Program-made: the position numbers and the translations under genes
Shown: positions 1 to 13,978 of the stretch, one piece after another
How positions within the stretch are numbered: the first letter of the stretch is position 1
Layout of the letters: each line of letters opens with the position of its first letter
The notes under the pieces: generated by a model
Told to the model about the DNA's origin: nothing
The model's input: only the letters and a program-made list of their open reading frames with translations
Databases searched by the model: none
From: Tricharina praecox
Taxonomy: Eukaryota
Reading direction: 5' to 3'
Assembly: GCF_024521635.1 (NCBI RefSeq)
Contig: NW_026250413.1
Coordinates: 372,001-436,000, forward strand
DNA length: 64,000 nt

Positions 1-116
1 CTCCGCAGCCTCCTATCCAGAACAGTCGCGGTCGGAAACGCCCAGCCCCGGGAACATCAGCTCCCCTCGTTTCGTCGAATCCCTCAACGAGTGTTCCCAC
101 CGCGTCGGCGGCCGAC

Positions 117-2569
117 ATGAACTACTACAGTAGCCTTCCAGCGACATCGATGGGCGGTCCAAACGGTAATCTCTACAATAGTGATCCCGCGACGTCGATA
201 AGCGCCCAGCAACAGCAGAGCGACATCTACCGACTGCAGAATGCCCAGCAGCAGCAGCAGCAACAGCAGCAACAACAGCAACAACAACAGCAACTTCACC
301 AGCAACAGCAACAGGGCAACATCTACGACGGCAACAACCAGCTGGCAAGGGTCGCGCGGGGAAACCAGTTGATGCGCGTACCCTCATTCAGCGGCATGAA
401 CGTTCCTGGGATTCCGCCGCAGATCAGTGGGCTTACGCCACAGATGCCGATGAACATGAACATGATGGGTGCACCAGGTATGATGGGATTGCCCGGCGGC
501 TTCGAGCAGCCGGTGAGCGCTTCGGAAGCGATAGATAGGGAGCTTTGCGCGAGGATTGAGAGCATGAAGAAGAAGCGCTCCAACATTCCGCCATTTGTGT
601 TGAAGCTCAGCAGGTATGGTGACCCCGCTCGTCTCCTTTAATATATGGGCGTGTGTGTCGGCGATCACCGGGCGACGTGTGATGTTGCAACACAACGCGC
701 GCGCATGGGTCTTTATAGTTACGTCGAGAGAAATAATGCGCTGATGAGATGGAACTTTCTAGTTTTGTCAACGACCCAAACTCCGACGATTTGATTCGGT
801 GGTCGGATTCAGGCAATTCGTTCATGGTGCTGGATGAGGAGGAGTTCTCAAAGAAGCTCATCCCAGACCTTTTCAAGCACAACAATTACGCATCCTTCGT
901 CCGCCAACTCAACATGTACGGATTCCACAAAGTCGTCGGGCTCGCGGATGGCTCCCTCAAGACTTCCGAGCAGCGTAGCAAACCGCCGAGCGAATACGAG
1001 AATCCGTACTTCAAGAGGGGGCAGCCTGATCTGATGTGGCTTATCCAAAAGCCAAAGAGTAAGAACGCCAGGGCGAAGGGGAAGAAGGGGGTGAAGCAAG
1101 AAGAGCAGGACACTGACAAGGAGGACAATATGAGTGATGCAGGAGGAGAGTCTGGCGATATTGGAGGAGGCTACCTTGAAGGTCCAAAAGATGCGAATGA
1201 GCCTCAGAACCACAGTGGAGGAGGAGGAGGAGGAGGAGGAGGAGCAGGTAGCCGTAACCGGGGCGTTGACTTCAGCGCCCTGTCAGCACAAATCGAAGCT
1301 GTGCGTAGCCATCAGCTCATGATTTCGCAGGCGATAAACCGATTGCGGAAAGATCATCAGCAGCTTTACGAGCAAAGTTTGGCTTTCCAAAGTCTTCATG
1401 ACCGCCACGAGAATTCGATAAACGCAATACTCACTTTCCTTGCGACCGTGTACGACAAGTCGCTGGGAGGACACATCAATGGGGCGGTTAACAACCTCTT
1501 CTCCCATCAGGTGGACCAGGGTCAAGGTCTACATCGTGGTCCACCGGGCTCATCCGTGGGCCCTACTCCGACTGGTGCGATAATCCCCACAGCTCCGACC
1601 GGTGTGCGGCCAGCGGTTATGCGAACTCCTCAGATGGCGAGACGGAAACCTCTATTGCTCGAAGGCGGCCCTACGTTTTCCGGCGACTCATCACCCATGA
1701 ATGGACGGAATCCCGGAAGTCCCATACACAAGGGTAACGGAGGATCCCCCCAGGTCACGCATCAGCATCAGCATCAGCACCAGCATCAGCAAAACAACTA
1801 TCAGCAGTACCAGCAGAACACGCCCATCACGGAACTGTTCACGCCAGTCAGCGGTAATGTGACGTCACCAGCTGATTCTCCCCAGCAACACGCCGATCAG
1901 CACTTGGGAGTCAACCTACCGAATACCGGAGGATTGTACTCTCAGCCCACCACGCCTACGCCGCAATCCAACTACGCGTCTCCCAACGTACAGACGCCCC
2001 TCTCGAACCATAGCACCCCTGTTCCCACTCCAAGGAGCATCGCGAGAGCTCTCAGCGGAACCCCTTTCCAGACGACTGCGCAGGCTTTGCACGACCACAA
2101 TGCTTCCCTCGCCCAGAAGACGCACGAGATCGAGGAGCTCGAGGTTCTTCAGACCAAGCAAAACGATAATATCGACCAGCTCATGGGCATGTTGCACGAG
2201 TACGTGGAGCCCGATGCAGCTGTTGGGACTGGAGAGGGGGGGGTAGAGGGAGGGGTAGGCGACAATTCGGACTTGGTCCACGAAGATGTCGACCAGTTCT
2301 TCAATTTTGGTCTGCAGCCCGACGGTTATGTGGGTGTCAATCCCTACGGCGATGACGATTCCCACGGAAATGTCGACATCGATGAGTTGTTGAGAAATGT
2401 CGAAGCCGAGGGCATTACGAACGGTCTCAGCGGACATAACAAGCATGTCTTAACAGACCTCACGTCTAACGCGGCGAGTCCCACAGGGAGCTCGGTCGGC
2501 AGTCGAGCCAGGGAAGAGCTTGAAGAGGAGATCGAAGAAGTGACTCCCAAGAGACGACGCGTCAACTGA
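117..2569 (+). CDS. HSF1: Heat shock transcription factor; join(117..613,763..2569)
   Basis: Splicing GTATGG(614)..CTAG(762) gives IPPFVLKLSSFVND...LIRWSDSGNSFMVLDEEEFSKKLIPDLFKHNNYASFVRQLNMYGFHKV, a canonical HSF DNA-binding domain. It is followed by an HR-A/B coiled coil (IEAVRSHQLMISQAINRLRKDHQQLYEQ...INAILTFLATVY). The N-terminus has a polyQ tract. Confidence 0.95.
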
Positions 2570-4689
2570 CGGCATTTATACTACGACGATCACGACCATA
2601 TTCAGGTATAAAAAACCTTCAAGCTAGATTTCTCGAGGCGACTCTTTTTCAGATTTGATTTCCTTCGTTTGTTTTTGGGGGTGGCGTTCTCAACTTTGTT
2701 TTCTCACATGTTACACCTCTACTCTACATTTACCCCGGGATGATACGAGGTGCGGGTTTGGTTGTCTGGCATTGCGTTATTTCACGTATGGATGATTGTC
2801 TAGAATTGACGAATCACGGTGATTCCAAAAAACTTGTATACCTTTTTTTTCCTTTGCATCTCCATCCATATTGTTTTTTTGGTCTTTTCTTTGGCTTGGG
2901 ACAGGCACAATGCGTTTGGTTGTCTTTTTTATCACTGGGTGTGGTGGGTGTCCTTGTATCTTTTTCTCCCGATTTTGATGCCCTATCCGAGCAATTTCCT
3001 GTCGCGCGATGTAGATTTGTCCCACATATACCCACTCGAAGGGCGTGTGTGAGTGCATGTATTGATTGGTTGGTTGGAAGGATGGAATCATACTGGGGTT
3101 TCCTTTGGAAATTCACGAATTCATGTCTCTCCTCTCCTCACTATGCGTTCATGAACACCTGCCGGTACTGTGATCGTAACACTGCAGTGAGGCTGTGGGG
3201 AGGTGTCGGTGCTGGTACGGGTTCGGGGGCGGGAAGGCATCCATCCGGTAAGTAAGTACAATCCGGGTTTCCAGGCGGAAAGGCCTCCATCCGGTCCGGA
3301 GACGAAGACGTCATGTCTCATGAAAGTCGACATTGAGCATGTGGGTTGCCGGAGGCCTTATGCTCATGCTCATGCAACATATCGGATCGAACCTGAGTGG
3401 CTGCCAATAAACGCCGGTCGCAGGGAGGCGTGCCGTGCTCTGCCCCACTTCCTCAGCCCACGTTCTTGTCATTCCTCGGCAGCGCAGGTGTTTTAAACTT
3501 ACGATTGGGGCGGCGGCGGCGGCGGTGAGTGAGTGGGATGTAAGGACTTGTGCTAATTGTGTTTGCTTGTATTTCGCCGACTTGACTTGCCTTGCCTCGT
3601 GGTGGGAAGACATGGCGAGTGTCAGGAAGCAAACACCCCACACGTTCTTGTGGTTTGCTTTTTTTTGTTTTTTGTTTTTTGTTTTTTGTTTTTTTCCTCG
3701 AGAATTTTTTTCTCGAGTACTCCTCTACGCATGAGGTGTGCTGCTGCTGCTTCTTCTTTGCTGGTGTCGCGCAGGGTGTCTGACGATCATGATCACGGCG
3801 GCGGCGCGGCTTCGATAATACTAGAACCGATAACGATATGTTCCTTGCAAGCGGATTATCTACCGATTAGACTAAGCCAAGGGCTGCTTAAAACTGACGT
3901 ACGCGGTGCCACTGTGAGGGGCTGCCCAGGATAATACTGCATAGGGTGGGTCCATTTTTTGTTTTGAAGGTATTCCTATTACGTTCCGTGCAGCGGGATC
4001 TTTCCTTCCTTATCCTGCTTCAGTCTTGTCAGGAGAGGGATAGGTGAGGGTCAGAGTGAGGGTCAGTGTTTTGCCCTTGAAGGGTTCGCTGGCTGGTGGG
4101 CTGGCGCGTGTTGCTTTTTCTGTAGGGTAGGTTTAATACCCCGCCTTCCTCATCCCTTCATCTACATTTCTATCTGCGCTTGCGAAACAAATTCCATCAC
4201 CATCACCAACAACATTCTTTACCTACAACAACCTACAACACACATTCCGATACCATCTTCCCTGCGATAACGCAACGTAGGTGTTGGAGTGTATGTCTGC
4301 CCCCATCGGAGCTGGTATTGAAGTCGGTTTGATGCATCGCGACGTTCGATATCGCAGGTTTGCTGACTAGTGGGGTTTCTTTGGTGGTGTACAGACAAAG
4401 AACGAAAGGGTCGAAACCTAAACATGACGACTACTGCTACAACAGCGAAACAGGCGGAGGTGCCTGAGCTTTCGATTAGGTAAGAAAGGCAACTCTTTTT
4501 TAGCTTCCGTTCTGCTTCAAACTTTACTTGTCACTCCGCTGTCAACTTGTTACGACAACATCACCTGTGCGCGAGAACGACGTCGACCCTCCTCTTCTCT
4601 CTCCCCTTCTCCCCCACCTACCCCCACCACACCAACCCCCCACAGCTTCCCAAATACACACTCGGCGCAGCGCCGAGACAACAAAGATA

Positions 4690-7600
4690 ATGTCCCGATC
4701 TGACAGCTATTACGTTCCTTCTAGCGGAGTCTCTTTCGTATCGCTGGTAGCATCCAACGAAGACCTGTTCTACGAGACCGTCGCCTTCTACATCGACTTT
4801 GGCTTCGTCGAGGTATCCGTGTACGACCGCGCACTCCCGACACAGAAGCGAGAGAGCGACCACTGCTTCACGTCCGAGAAGGAGACCTGGCTGCTCTCGA
4901 AGGGCGACGCCGAGGACGATGGCGCCAACGTCACATTGAAGATTAGATTCGTTAGCGAATCGCGCGGCAGCAACCGATGGAACGACGGCGCTGGAAAGAA
5001 GGACGATCCGCCGCTGGACGCCGCTCACGAGAACGACTGGCGTGGCAACACCCAGAGCTGGGTCTTCCACACCCCGCACATGGCTCGCATCATCGAAATG
5101 CTTAAGTCGAAGAAGCTGGAGTTCCAGTGCCAGCCCAACGAGCGTGATGTCATCGAAATCTACACCCATGACCCCCTCGGAACTCTGGTCGGTTTCACGA
5201 GAAAGCCCAACCCGTTCACGACTAATACTTCCGGCCCTACTATGAGTTTGATGCCCAATACCGTCGAGACCGGGATGATGGGTACTCCCATGGTGAGCCG
5301 ACCAATCAGCCCCGGTGGCAGCGTCAAGAAGAAGCGGATTGGCATTATGACATCCGGAGGAGATGCGCCTGGTATGAACGCAGCTGTACGAGCGGTCGTG
5401 CGAATGACCATCGCCAAGGGGTGCGAGTCCTTTGCCATCTACGAGGGGTACACAGGTCTGGTGAAGGGCGGAGAGTTCATCAAGAAGATGAGCTGGGAGG
5501 ACGTACGAGGCTGGCTGTCTGAGGGCGGTACTTTGATCGGTACTGCCCGGTGCAAGGAGTTTCGAGAGAGGGATGGTCGTCTGAGGGGTGCCAAGAACCT
5601 CATCATTAACGGGATCGATGCCCTCATCATCTGCGGTGGAGATGGTTCGCTCACTGGAGCGGATATCTTCCGGCGAGAGTGGCCCGGCCTACTGGCTGAG
5701 CTCGTCAAGAATGGCGAGCTCAAGCAGGAGCAGATTGAGCCGTACCAGAACCTCAACATCGCTGGATTGGTCGGCAGCATTGATAACGACATGATCGGAA
5801 CTGACGCCACGATCGGATGTTACAGTTCGCTCACCAGGATCTGCCAGAGCGTAGATTTCATCGATGCCACAGCCTACTCACACTCGCGAGCTTTCGTCGT
5901 CGAGGTCATGGGACGACACTGCGGGTGGTTGGCGCTGATGGCTGGTGTCAGTACCGGGGCGGACTTCGTATTCTTGCCTGAGAAGCCCCCGGCTAAGGGC
6001 TGGGAAACCGAGATGTGTGCAATCATCGCGAAGGTTAGTGGAAACGTGTCCCGAGTGATAGTCTGTGGATTACTGACGTTTTTTTGCAGCACCGTGGCAT
6101 GGGCAAGAGAAAGACAATCGTCATCGTCGCGGAGGGGGCCACCGACCGGGACCTGACTCCAATTACCGCAGAATTTGTCAAAAATGTGCTTTCGAACAAG
6201 ATGGGCCTCGACACAAGAATCACCACGTTGGGTCACGTGCAGCGTGGAGGAACTGCTTGTGCATACGACCGTATGCTGGCCACCCTCCAAGGTGTAGAAG
6301 CCGTCGAAGCAATTCTTGCATCGACTCCGGATAAGCCCAGCCCTGTGATCACCGTTAGCGAGAACAAGATTGGCAGCCGCCCGTTGATGGAGGCTGTAGC
6401 ACAGGTGGGTGCACAGACAATTCCTTACTCGTCCGGTTTTCTTTTACTAACCTCCGCATTAGACACAAGCTGGAGCCGCTGCTATTGCAAGGAAGGACTT
6501 TGTTGGTGCCATGGCTCTCCGCGATGCCGAGTTTGAGGAGTACTACCGCTGCTACATGGCGACAACCAAGCTCGACGACCTGAGCAATAAGGCTGCTGAG
6601 GACAAGCGGATGCGTATTGCAATCATTCATGTCGGCGCCCCTGCCGGTGGAATGAACGCTGCCACTCGTGCCGCTGCCACCTACTGTCTGTCCCGTGGAC
6701 ACCGTCCTTTCGCTATCAACAATGGCTTTCCCGGACTGGTCAGGCACGACTCTGTCAAGGAGCTGACATGGCTCATGGTCGACAGCTGGGCTATCCGTGG
6801 AGGTTCCGAGATCGGTACCAACAGAAGCTTGCCGAGTGAGGATATGGGGATGGTCGCCTGGTACTTCCAGAAGTACAAGTTCGACGGACTTTTGATCATC
6901 GGTGGTTTCGAGGCATACCACGCTCTGACGGAACTCTACCAGGCCCGGACGTCTTACCCTGCTTTCCGTATCCCGATGACTTGTTTACCCGCGACCATCT
7001 CCAATAATGTCCCTGGTACAGAGTTCTCGATCGGCTCCGACACTTGTTTGAACGCTTTGATCGAATACTGTGACGCCATAAAACAGTCTGCTTCAGCTTC
7101 CAGGAGACGTGTCTTCGTCGTCGAGTGCCAGGGAGGCCGTTCCGGATACGTCGCTACCATGGCTGGTCTCAGTGTGGGAGCGTTGGCCGTCTACACTCCT
7201 GAGGACGGCATCAACATTGCGACCTTGCAATCCGACATCGAGCATCTGCGTGAATCTTTCGCTAATGACAAGGGCATGAACCGGGCTGGAAAGCTCATCT
7301 TGCGAAACGAACGTGCCTCTAAGACATACACGACTCAGCTTATCGCCGACATCATTCGCGAGGAAGCGCACGGGAGATTCGAGTCACGTACCGCCGTTCC
7401 CGGCCACGTCCAGCAGGGTGGTACTCCTTCGCCGATGGATCGTGTTCGTGCCGTGAGGTTGGCTGTTCGATGCATTCAGTTCATGGAGGCAAACTTCACG
7501 AAGATCATCGACGAGGGGCAAAACACTGGACGCGGATGCATGGACCGACCGGAAACCGCCGCTGTTATAGGTATTAAGGGTGCCAGCGTCGTATTCACGG

Positions 7601-7731
7601 GGGTCAACGAATTGCAGGAGAAGGAGCACACCGACTGGGAGCAGCGCCGCCCTCGCCGCGGATTCTGGAGGGATCTGAGAAACATCGTCGACACGCTTTC
7701 GGGCCGCTATGGTGTTCCCGGCAAGGAGTAG
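4690..7731 (+). CDS. PFK1: ATP-dependent 6-phosphofructokinase (eukaryotic duplicated type) with N-terminal extension; join(4690..6033,6090..6404,6463..7731), about 975 aa
   Basis: Motifs [49 protein letters not shown] and second-half [26 protein letters not shown]. Two GT-AG introns (6034-6089, 6405-6462) restore the frame. The start codon is less certain. Confidence 0.96.
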
Positions 7732-9249
7732 AGCTGATCTGGGTTTCGTTGGTTTTTTTTCTCGAGCTACTTAGTTGGATTTTTCACCTTTCTTATGGGA
7801 GGTAGATGAATTATGATCTCGGGGGGTTTTTTTACTACTTGTTCTTGTTCTTGTTGGTTCGGTCTGATTTTTTTTTTGTGTTGTGTCCCGTACTTCTGGT
7901 TCCTACTTACTGATAAACTTTCACTCCTGACTCTTCTTTCCCCTTTACACCATACACGGGAAAATTCGGGGGATTTTTCTTGTATCTTGTCCTTATTGCT
8001 GTATTTTTTGTCCGCTTTTGCTTGTGTTTGGTTTTAAAAGTGGCGTCGCAAAATGGGCTGGCTAGTCTTTTGGGTTGTGGATTGTGGGTTGGCACGGGAT
8101 GTGGGTGGAACGGAATGATGGGACGATGGGGGTTTGCTATGCTGGTTCGTTGTTGTCTAGAAGTTACAAACGTACGGAAGATTTGATGAAGGATTGATGG
8201 AGGGATTGATTGAAGGAGGGGATTTGAAGAGCGAAATGTGAATCGTGTTTCATTTGGGGACTTTTGGTACAGTTGGGTTCGATGTGATGTGGAGCGAAGT
8301 GATGTGATGTGATGTGTGGTGAAGTGTGGTGTTCTACAGATCTGGTGGTTGTGGCTGTGGCTGTGGCGGGACAGTTGCGGTTGTGGAGGTGGAGGTGGAG
8401 GTTGTTGAGCTCTCTTCGAGCGATGATACAATCACCAATATCCACCAGATTAATCTCGACGACCATGGCTATGGGAAAACAGCCGTGGGATACCTAGTCA
8501 CCTGTACATTCTGCTTGACCATAGCGGTGTTTGCTCATCCGCCCCTCCCCATACCTACCGTTTCCATCTTGCTAAACACTGCCGGGGAACCCCGCAGTGG
8601 ACATTGGATACGGTCAAAATGACATGGACATGGAAATTATACACTTCGCCATAGGTACCCGCATTCATTCGCTGGATCGGTGAATAGAGCGAATGGTAGA
8701 TATGTGGATATACACGTTAGTTGCAGCCACACATTCCTAGAGAATGGGAGAATGCTGGAAGTGAGTTTGTGGTTGGTACATACCGGCGTAACTACTTCGA
8801 GTCTTCGACACGAAAGGGCGAGCACTGGGCCACCTCACCTGGCGATGTCTTCCTTTCCGGAATCCCACTCGTCCACTCGCCCACTCGCCCACCACGACCC
8901 CCACGGTCACTTAGGCACATTATGTACATATCAGCACTCATTTCTCGTCCGACTTACCCGACTTGCCATTTCCGAATGCGACTCGATACGCATTAGGTAT
9001 CTCCTCCTGCTCCACCACCAGACGCCGCTGAGAGTCAGAGCCAGTCTGAAATATAATGTGCCCTTTCCCTCGCAACTTGCAAGCTTTGCTGTGCTGTGGC
9101 CGGACGGCACGAGTGGGAATTGCACTTTTATGTCATGCTTACCGGGGGCCGGGGAGGGGGGCGGGGGGGAACACCAGCCATATGAGGTATGTAGAGTACG
9201 CTCGTAGTCGTTCATGCAAACAACCAATCAATAGAGTCGAGAAGAGTAG

Positions 9250-9312
9250 CCCCACCACGATGCAGAGTCAGCGCTGGGCACACGTGAATGGCTGAATGGC
9301 TGAATGGCACAT

Positions 9313-9343
<31 letters not shown>

Positions 9344-9415
9344 GATGCAGAGTCAGCAAGTCAGCACTGGGCACACGTGAGTGGCTCAATTGCCCACCGC
9401 GATGTAGAGTCGGCA
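9250..9415. repeat. Short imperfect tandem repeat (CCACCGCGATGCAGAGTCAGC...GGGCACACGTGA), 2-3 copies
   Basis: Repeated blocks at about 9252, 9337 and 9394; two contain CACGTG. Confidence 0.7.
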
Positions 9416-10917
9416 TTTGTTACATAGGTGCTCTATGTAGAGTACAATACACGTCCAAGTGCAATTGTGCAAGTGCATTTGTACATACCCCGTTCTTTCT
9501 AGGTGAGTGTTTCAGGTTTCTGGACTTATGTATCAGCGTCAAGACTCAAGCCAAGCAGAAGTGCATTTATGTACGTAGGAGCACCATTTTACGCCAGGCA
9601 GATGAATGTGGATGGCTGGTGGTATGTACCTAGGCTCTGTGAGAATTCAGGCAAGATTTCGGATAGGGCGGGATACCGGTTTTGGGTTTTGGACTTGGCC
9701 CACCCTACGTGCTGTAATAAGACATTCAGTTTCGGGGATGGATTTGGCGATACTATTCGGGTATTTGCGAGTGATATCTGAGGATTCAATCCGACGTTTG
9801 AGATCCAAGAAGCTGAGCCAGGGTAGCGGACAGGTGCCAACCAAAGCGCTTGGTAGCAATGTCAAAGCTGAATGGGGCTGGTAACCTCGGATTCGGTCTC
9901 CGAAGGCGCCGTGTGAACGAGTGGGTGACAGTCGTGGCAGATATACGTACACATCTCTTACGAAAGAACTTACTACTACTACGCTATCCTCTCCCACTTT
10001 CTAGACCTTGCTCCACCTCACCAGGCAGATAGAGTACACCGGTGATGACACATATCTAAGCCTTTCACTGAGTACTCTAGATAGGCACTGTTTTTTCCCA
10101 TGACGGGAAAAATCGAGTGATATGCGAGGCTGCAGCGTGGAAGCTTGCCGATTTCGTCTATCGATCGATACCGATATCCCTACCTGCGACAAGCATCATC
10201 TCCCCCCTCCCTTCGCCTGCTGCACATAGAGCAACTGCGGGCCCAACTAGTCCCCGATGCGTGTCGCTGCTGCTGGCGGTCAGTACGATGTAGAGTGCGA
10301 GTCGAGAAAGTGCCCGTCCGCACACGAAGCCCGCAAACTTCCCTTCCACATAGACATGAGCCAAATGTTTCCTCCCTCCCTCGCCTGAATCCCCATCCCC
10401 CTCCGTCATCGTCCTGTATCGAAGTGTGCTCATACATACTTTGTTTTTTTTTCCTTTTCTCCCCGAGTGTGCGCGAGTTCAGGTTTCAGAACAGCAAACC
10501 GCGGGCCAATCAGCGCGGGCGTCGACCCGAGACTACATATCATAGCTGCAGATGCAGAAAACCGGCGAGCACCGTACTCTGCCTGCACCACATACACCCG
10601 CGCGCGTAGAAACACCCCATCACACACTCACTCACGAGGAGCCCAGCACTACCACCACCACCACCACCACCACCACTTAAAGTCCACCCAACCCCCGCCC
10701 CACTCATCTTCGCTCATCAGCCACCCACGAAGGAAGAAATCGCGAATATCTTCACACGAAACCCCATCCCATCCCCTCGAGTCCTATTAGGATCCAACAA
10801 ACTTTATTTTGTCCCAGTCACGAAAAACTACTGGTGCTGATCTGACATCACCTGGCCCCCCCGCCCCACTCTCGGTCGCTCGCCCGCCCGTTCGCTCCCC
10901 CGACGGCAGGAATATAT

Positions 10918-13578
10918 ATGGCTGGTCCAGCAATGGAGATAGACTGGAACAATTTTGATTCCTCGCCGGCGTCGGCGCTTCTCTATCGCAAGCTCGCACT
11001 TGGTACGTGGTTGGTGACGATGATGATATCGTGATGCGTGTGTGCGAGAGTACCAACGTAGCCAGCCAACTAACACCTCTATCTTATCCTACCTGCAGAC
11101 AATCTGAACACGATCCTCCGCAGTGGCGTGACGGATCTCAAGTTTACGCCGAACTACCCGCTCACCATCGCGTCGTTCTCGGACTCGACGGGCTCGTACA
11201 GGGCGGTGCCATATGTTCCCGTCGACGGATACACCTGCGTCCCCGTGATGTTTCCGGAGCTCCTGAGCACGTTCGATATCCACCTGAAAACGCCCGCGGG
11301 CGCCATGTGGGTACTCCTTAAGGCGTCCGAGGCGAAGGTTAAGGAGCTGGTGTATCTGCGGCCCGGCGAGAATCCGGTACTGAATCCGGGCGGAAGAACG
11401 CTCAAAGGTGTTTTGGGCGTGATTCGGGATGCGCCCGCGGTGCAGCTGGAAACTGGGGGTGCTGAGCTGGAGGAGGCGCCGGTGGAGGCGGTGCAAGGCG
11501 CGGTACTGAACACGGCATTGTCGGTTGTCGAGGAGAAAGAAGAAGGATCCCTAAAGTTAGTCCTTTTTGAGGAGCCATTCTTTCGAGGCCTGGCAATGGC
11601 GGTAGCTAACGAGGGCAGGAGACCGGAGCTTTTCCTACCTGTGGTGCCGGCAACGTCTATGTACAGCTGGCAAACGGAGCCTGACCCGACCACCGTCGAG
11701 CCTGCGGATATCCAACCACGGTCCGACAGAAAGCACAAGAAAAGAAAGAAGAGCTCCAGGTCGAAGGCGGCGGCAGCACAGGGAACTCTCAACGAGGAAA
11801 CAGTGAATCCCACTACGGGCGATGACGCGACGAATGCTACAGTGGAGGAGGTTCAGATGACCGAGGAGGAGAGGGCGAAGCGGACGGCGGCCAAAGCTCG
11901 GAAAGCAGCTAAGAAGATGGCGCAGAGAAAAGCGTCCAGGGAGGAGGACAACTCGATAGCAGCTCCTTTGGACGAGCGCTTGATAGGGCCACCCGATCTG
12001 GACGACGCGGTGAAGGAGAGAATCCGGATAGCAGAGCAGGTGGCTGCGGTGATGAGGGCGGAGGAGAACGAAGAAGTGAGGTTGAGACTTCAGCATGAGA
12101 TTGCCAAGGTTCGGGCTTGGAGCTTGATGCAGAAGAAGAAACCATATCAGCTACTCCCGGTAACGGAAATGTCGCCTATCGCTTCGGAACCGACTTCAGC
12201 AAATCCCGAGGTTGACGCGAAGGTCAACAGCATAATCGCGGGTCTGCGTCGAGTCGTCGAGGAGAAGAGGCAGAAGGTTGACTCCATCTTGGCTGAAGGG
12301 GATCTGGTTGTTGTGCAGGAGGAGGATGGGGGGCCGGTTGTTGTCGAGGCGGAGGATGTGATCATCGAAGGAGTCGCAAAGCCGAAGAAGACAGTCGATG
12401 AGTGGATAAAAGAAGTGATGGAATTGCCATTCGACGAGGATGAGGACATCTGGGGACCGATCAACAGGACGTTAACTCCAGCGGTTCCATACAAGCTCTC
12501 GAACACCAGGCTTACCCGCGAGAATCTGAAGGCCGCCCAGAGGAAGCTCTCCGCAAAGGAGACTATGATGGCGCCTGCTCCACCTCCACCACCGCCGCCA
12601 CCACCTGCTGCACCGGAACCGGGAATGCTGGGGGATTTGGGACTCGGGGGTGAGCAATACGAAATTGTGGTTCCCGTCGTGGAAACCGTGGACACTGGAC
12701 ACATCAATCATCTGGCCCGAGCCCGAGCAATGCTCGCTGTAGCCCCGGCCCCGCCGCCCCGTCCTCCACGACTTGCGGTTGCTCCCGCCCCACCACCTCC
12801 GCCGCCTCCTCCTCATCCTCGATTCGGGTTTGCATCGGCGCCACCGCCCCCGCCACCACCACCACCTCCTCCCGTATTTGCATTTGGACCAGCTCCACCG
12901 ACATTCGTGCATGCGATGGGACTTGCACCAGCGCCGCCTCCCCCTCCTCCACCGCCCGCACTCGCACTCGCACCTGCACCTGCACCCGCATCCTCACCCG
13001 TACTTGCGCCTGCACCTCCGCCTGCGCCTGCCCTTGCGCCCGCACCCTCGCCCGCACCGGCAATGGCGCCCGCACCGGCAATGACGCCCGCACCGGCAAT
13101 GGCGCCCGCACCAGCAATGGCACCCGCACCCTCACCCACACCCGTGGTCGCCGTCTCGAATGATGTTGCGGTGGAATTTTCTCACCCGCCTAGGGGTGCT
13201 TTCTCTCCCGTATTTGCCGTCCCTACTGCCCCACCTTCATCAACCACCAGTAACGGGTTTTCAGTCATCGAGTCCGTTAGATTGCCCGGCCTCGAGCTCG
13301 ATATGTCTGTGATCGGCATGCTGACTCCGCGCCCTGATGGCCACCACTCGGCCGCCCCGACTGTTACCGGCCATTGCGTTTCATTGGACGGCAACAGCAC
13401 CGATCAATCCCCGGTGGTGATCGACACACCGGCTTCGTCGCAGTTTGGCGAAACCCGGAGCCAAAAGATTGGGGACATGACCAGCGACGAACTCAGAGAC
13501 GAGATCCGCACCGTGATGAAGGATGCGTTGATCGGTGTTGTGAGGCAGATTGGCGGTGCGTTGGAGCAACGCGCTTAG
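10918..13578 (+). CDS. Hypothetical proline/alanine-rich protein; join(10918..11002,11099..13578)
   Basis: 816-codon ORF. An upstream exon MAGPAMEIDWNNFDSSPASALLYRKLAL joins in frame via GTACGT(11003)..CTAAC..GCAG(11098). Contains polyproline tracts and (PAPAMA)n repeats, with no family recognised. Confidence 0.75.
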
Positions 13579-13978
13579 CGGCTATTCTTGGTATTGCTTT
13601 TTTTTTCTCTCTTTCTTATTCCTCATTTTTTATCTTAATACTTTTTGGGTACCTTTTGGAGTCAGCGTGTTTGTTTGGTTTATTGCTGCATGTTTGGCTG
13701 GCTATTTTGTGTGTGGGAGCATTGTATTATTATGGCGTTTTGTATGGTGGGATCACCAACGATTGATGGATATCATGGTAACTTGAGAGTAAGTGTGTAG
13801 CTATGGGACCTGGACCTGGACTGGGACTGGGACTGGGACTGGGAGGCATTTAATTTATAGCATTGTTGGGATAGCGGGGTGGTTGCATCATGGGCACTGG
13901 GACGGACGGACCCCAATTAGGGGTTATCTGTAGTTATAGGTAGCATAATCAACGTTTGTGACGGACTGTATTCAATCA

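Noticed and set aside
11128-13578. Formin or WASP call for the proline-rich protein
   Set aside because: No FH2, WH1 or WH2/acidic domain is recognisable.
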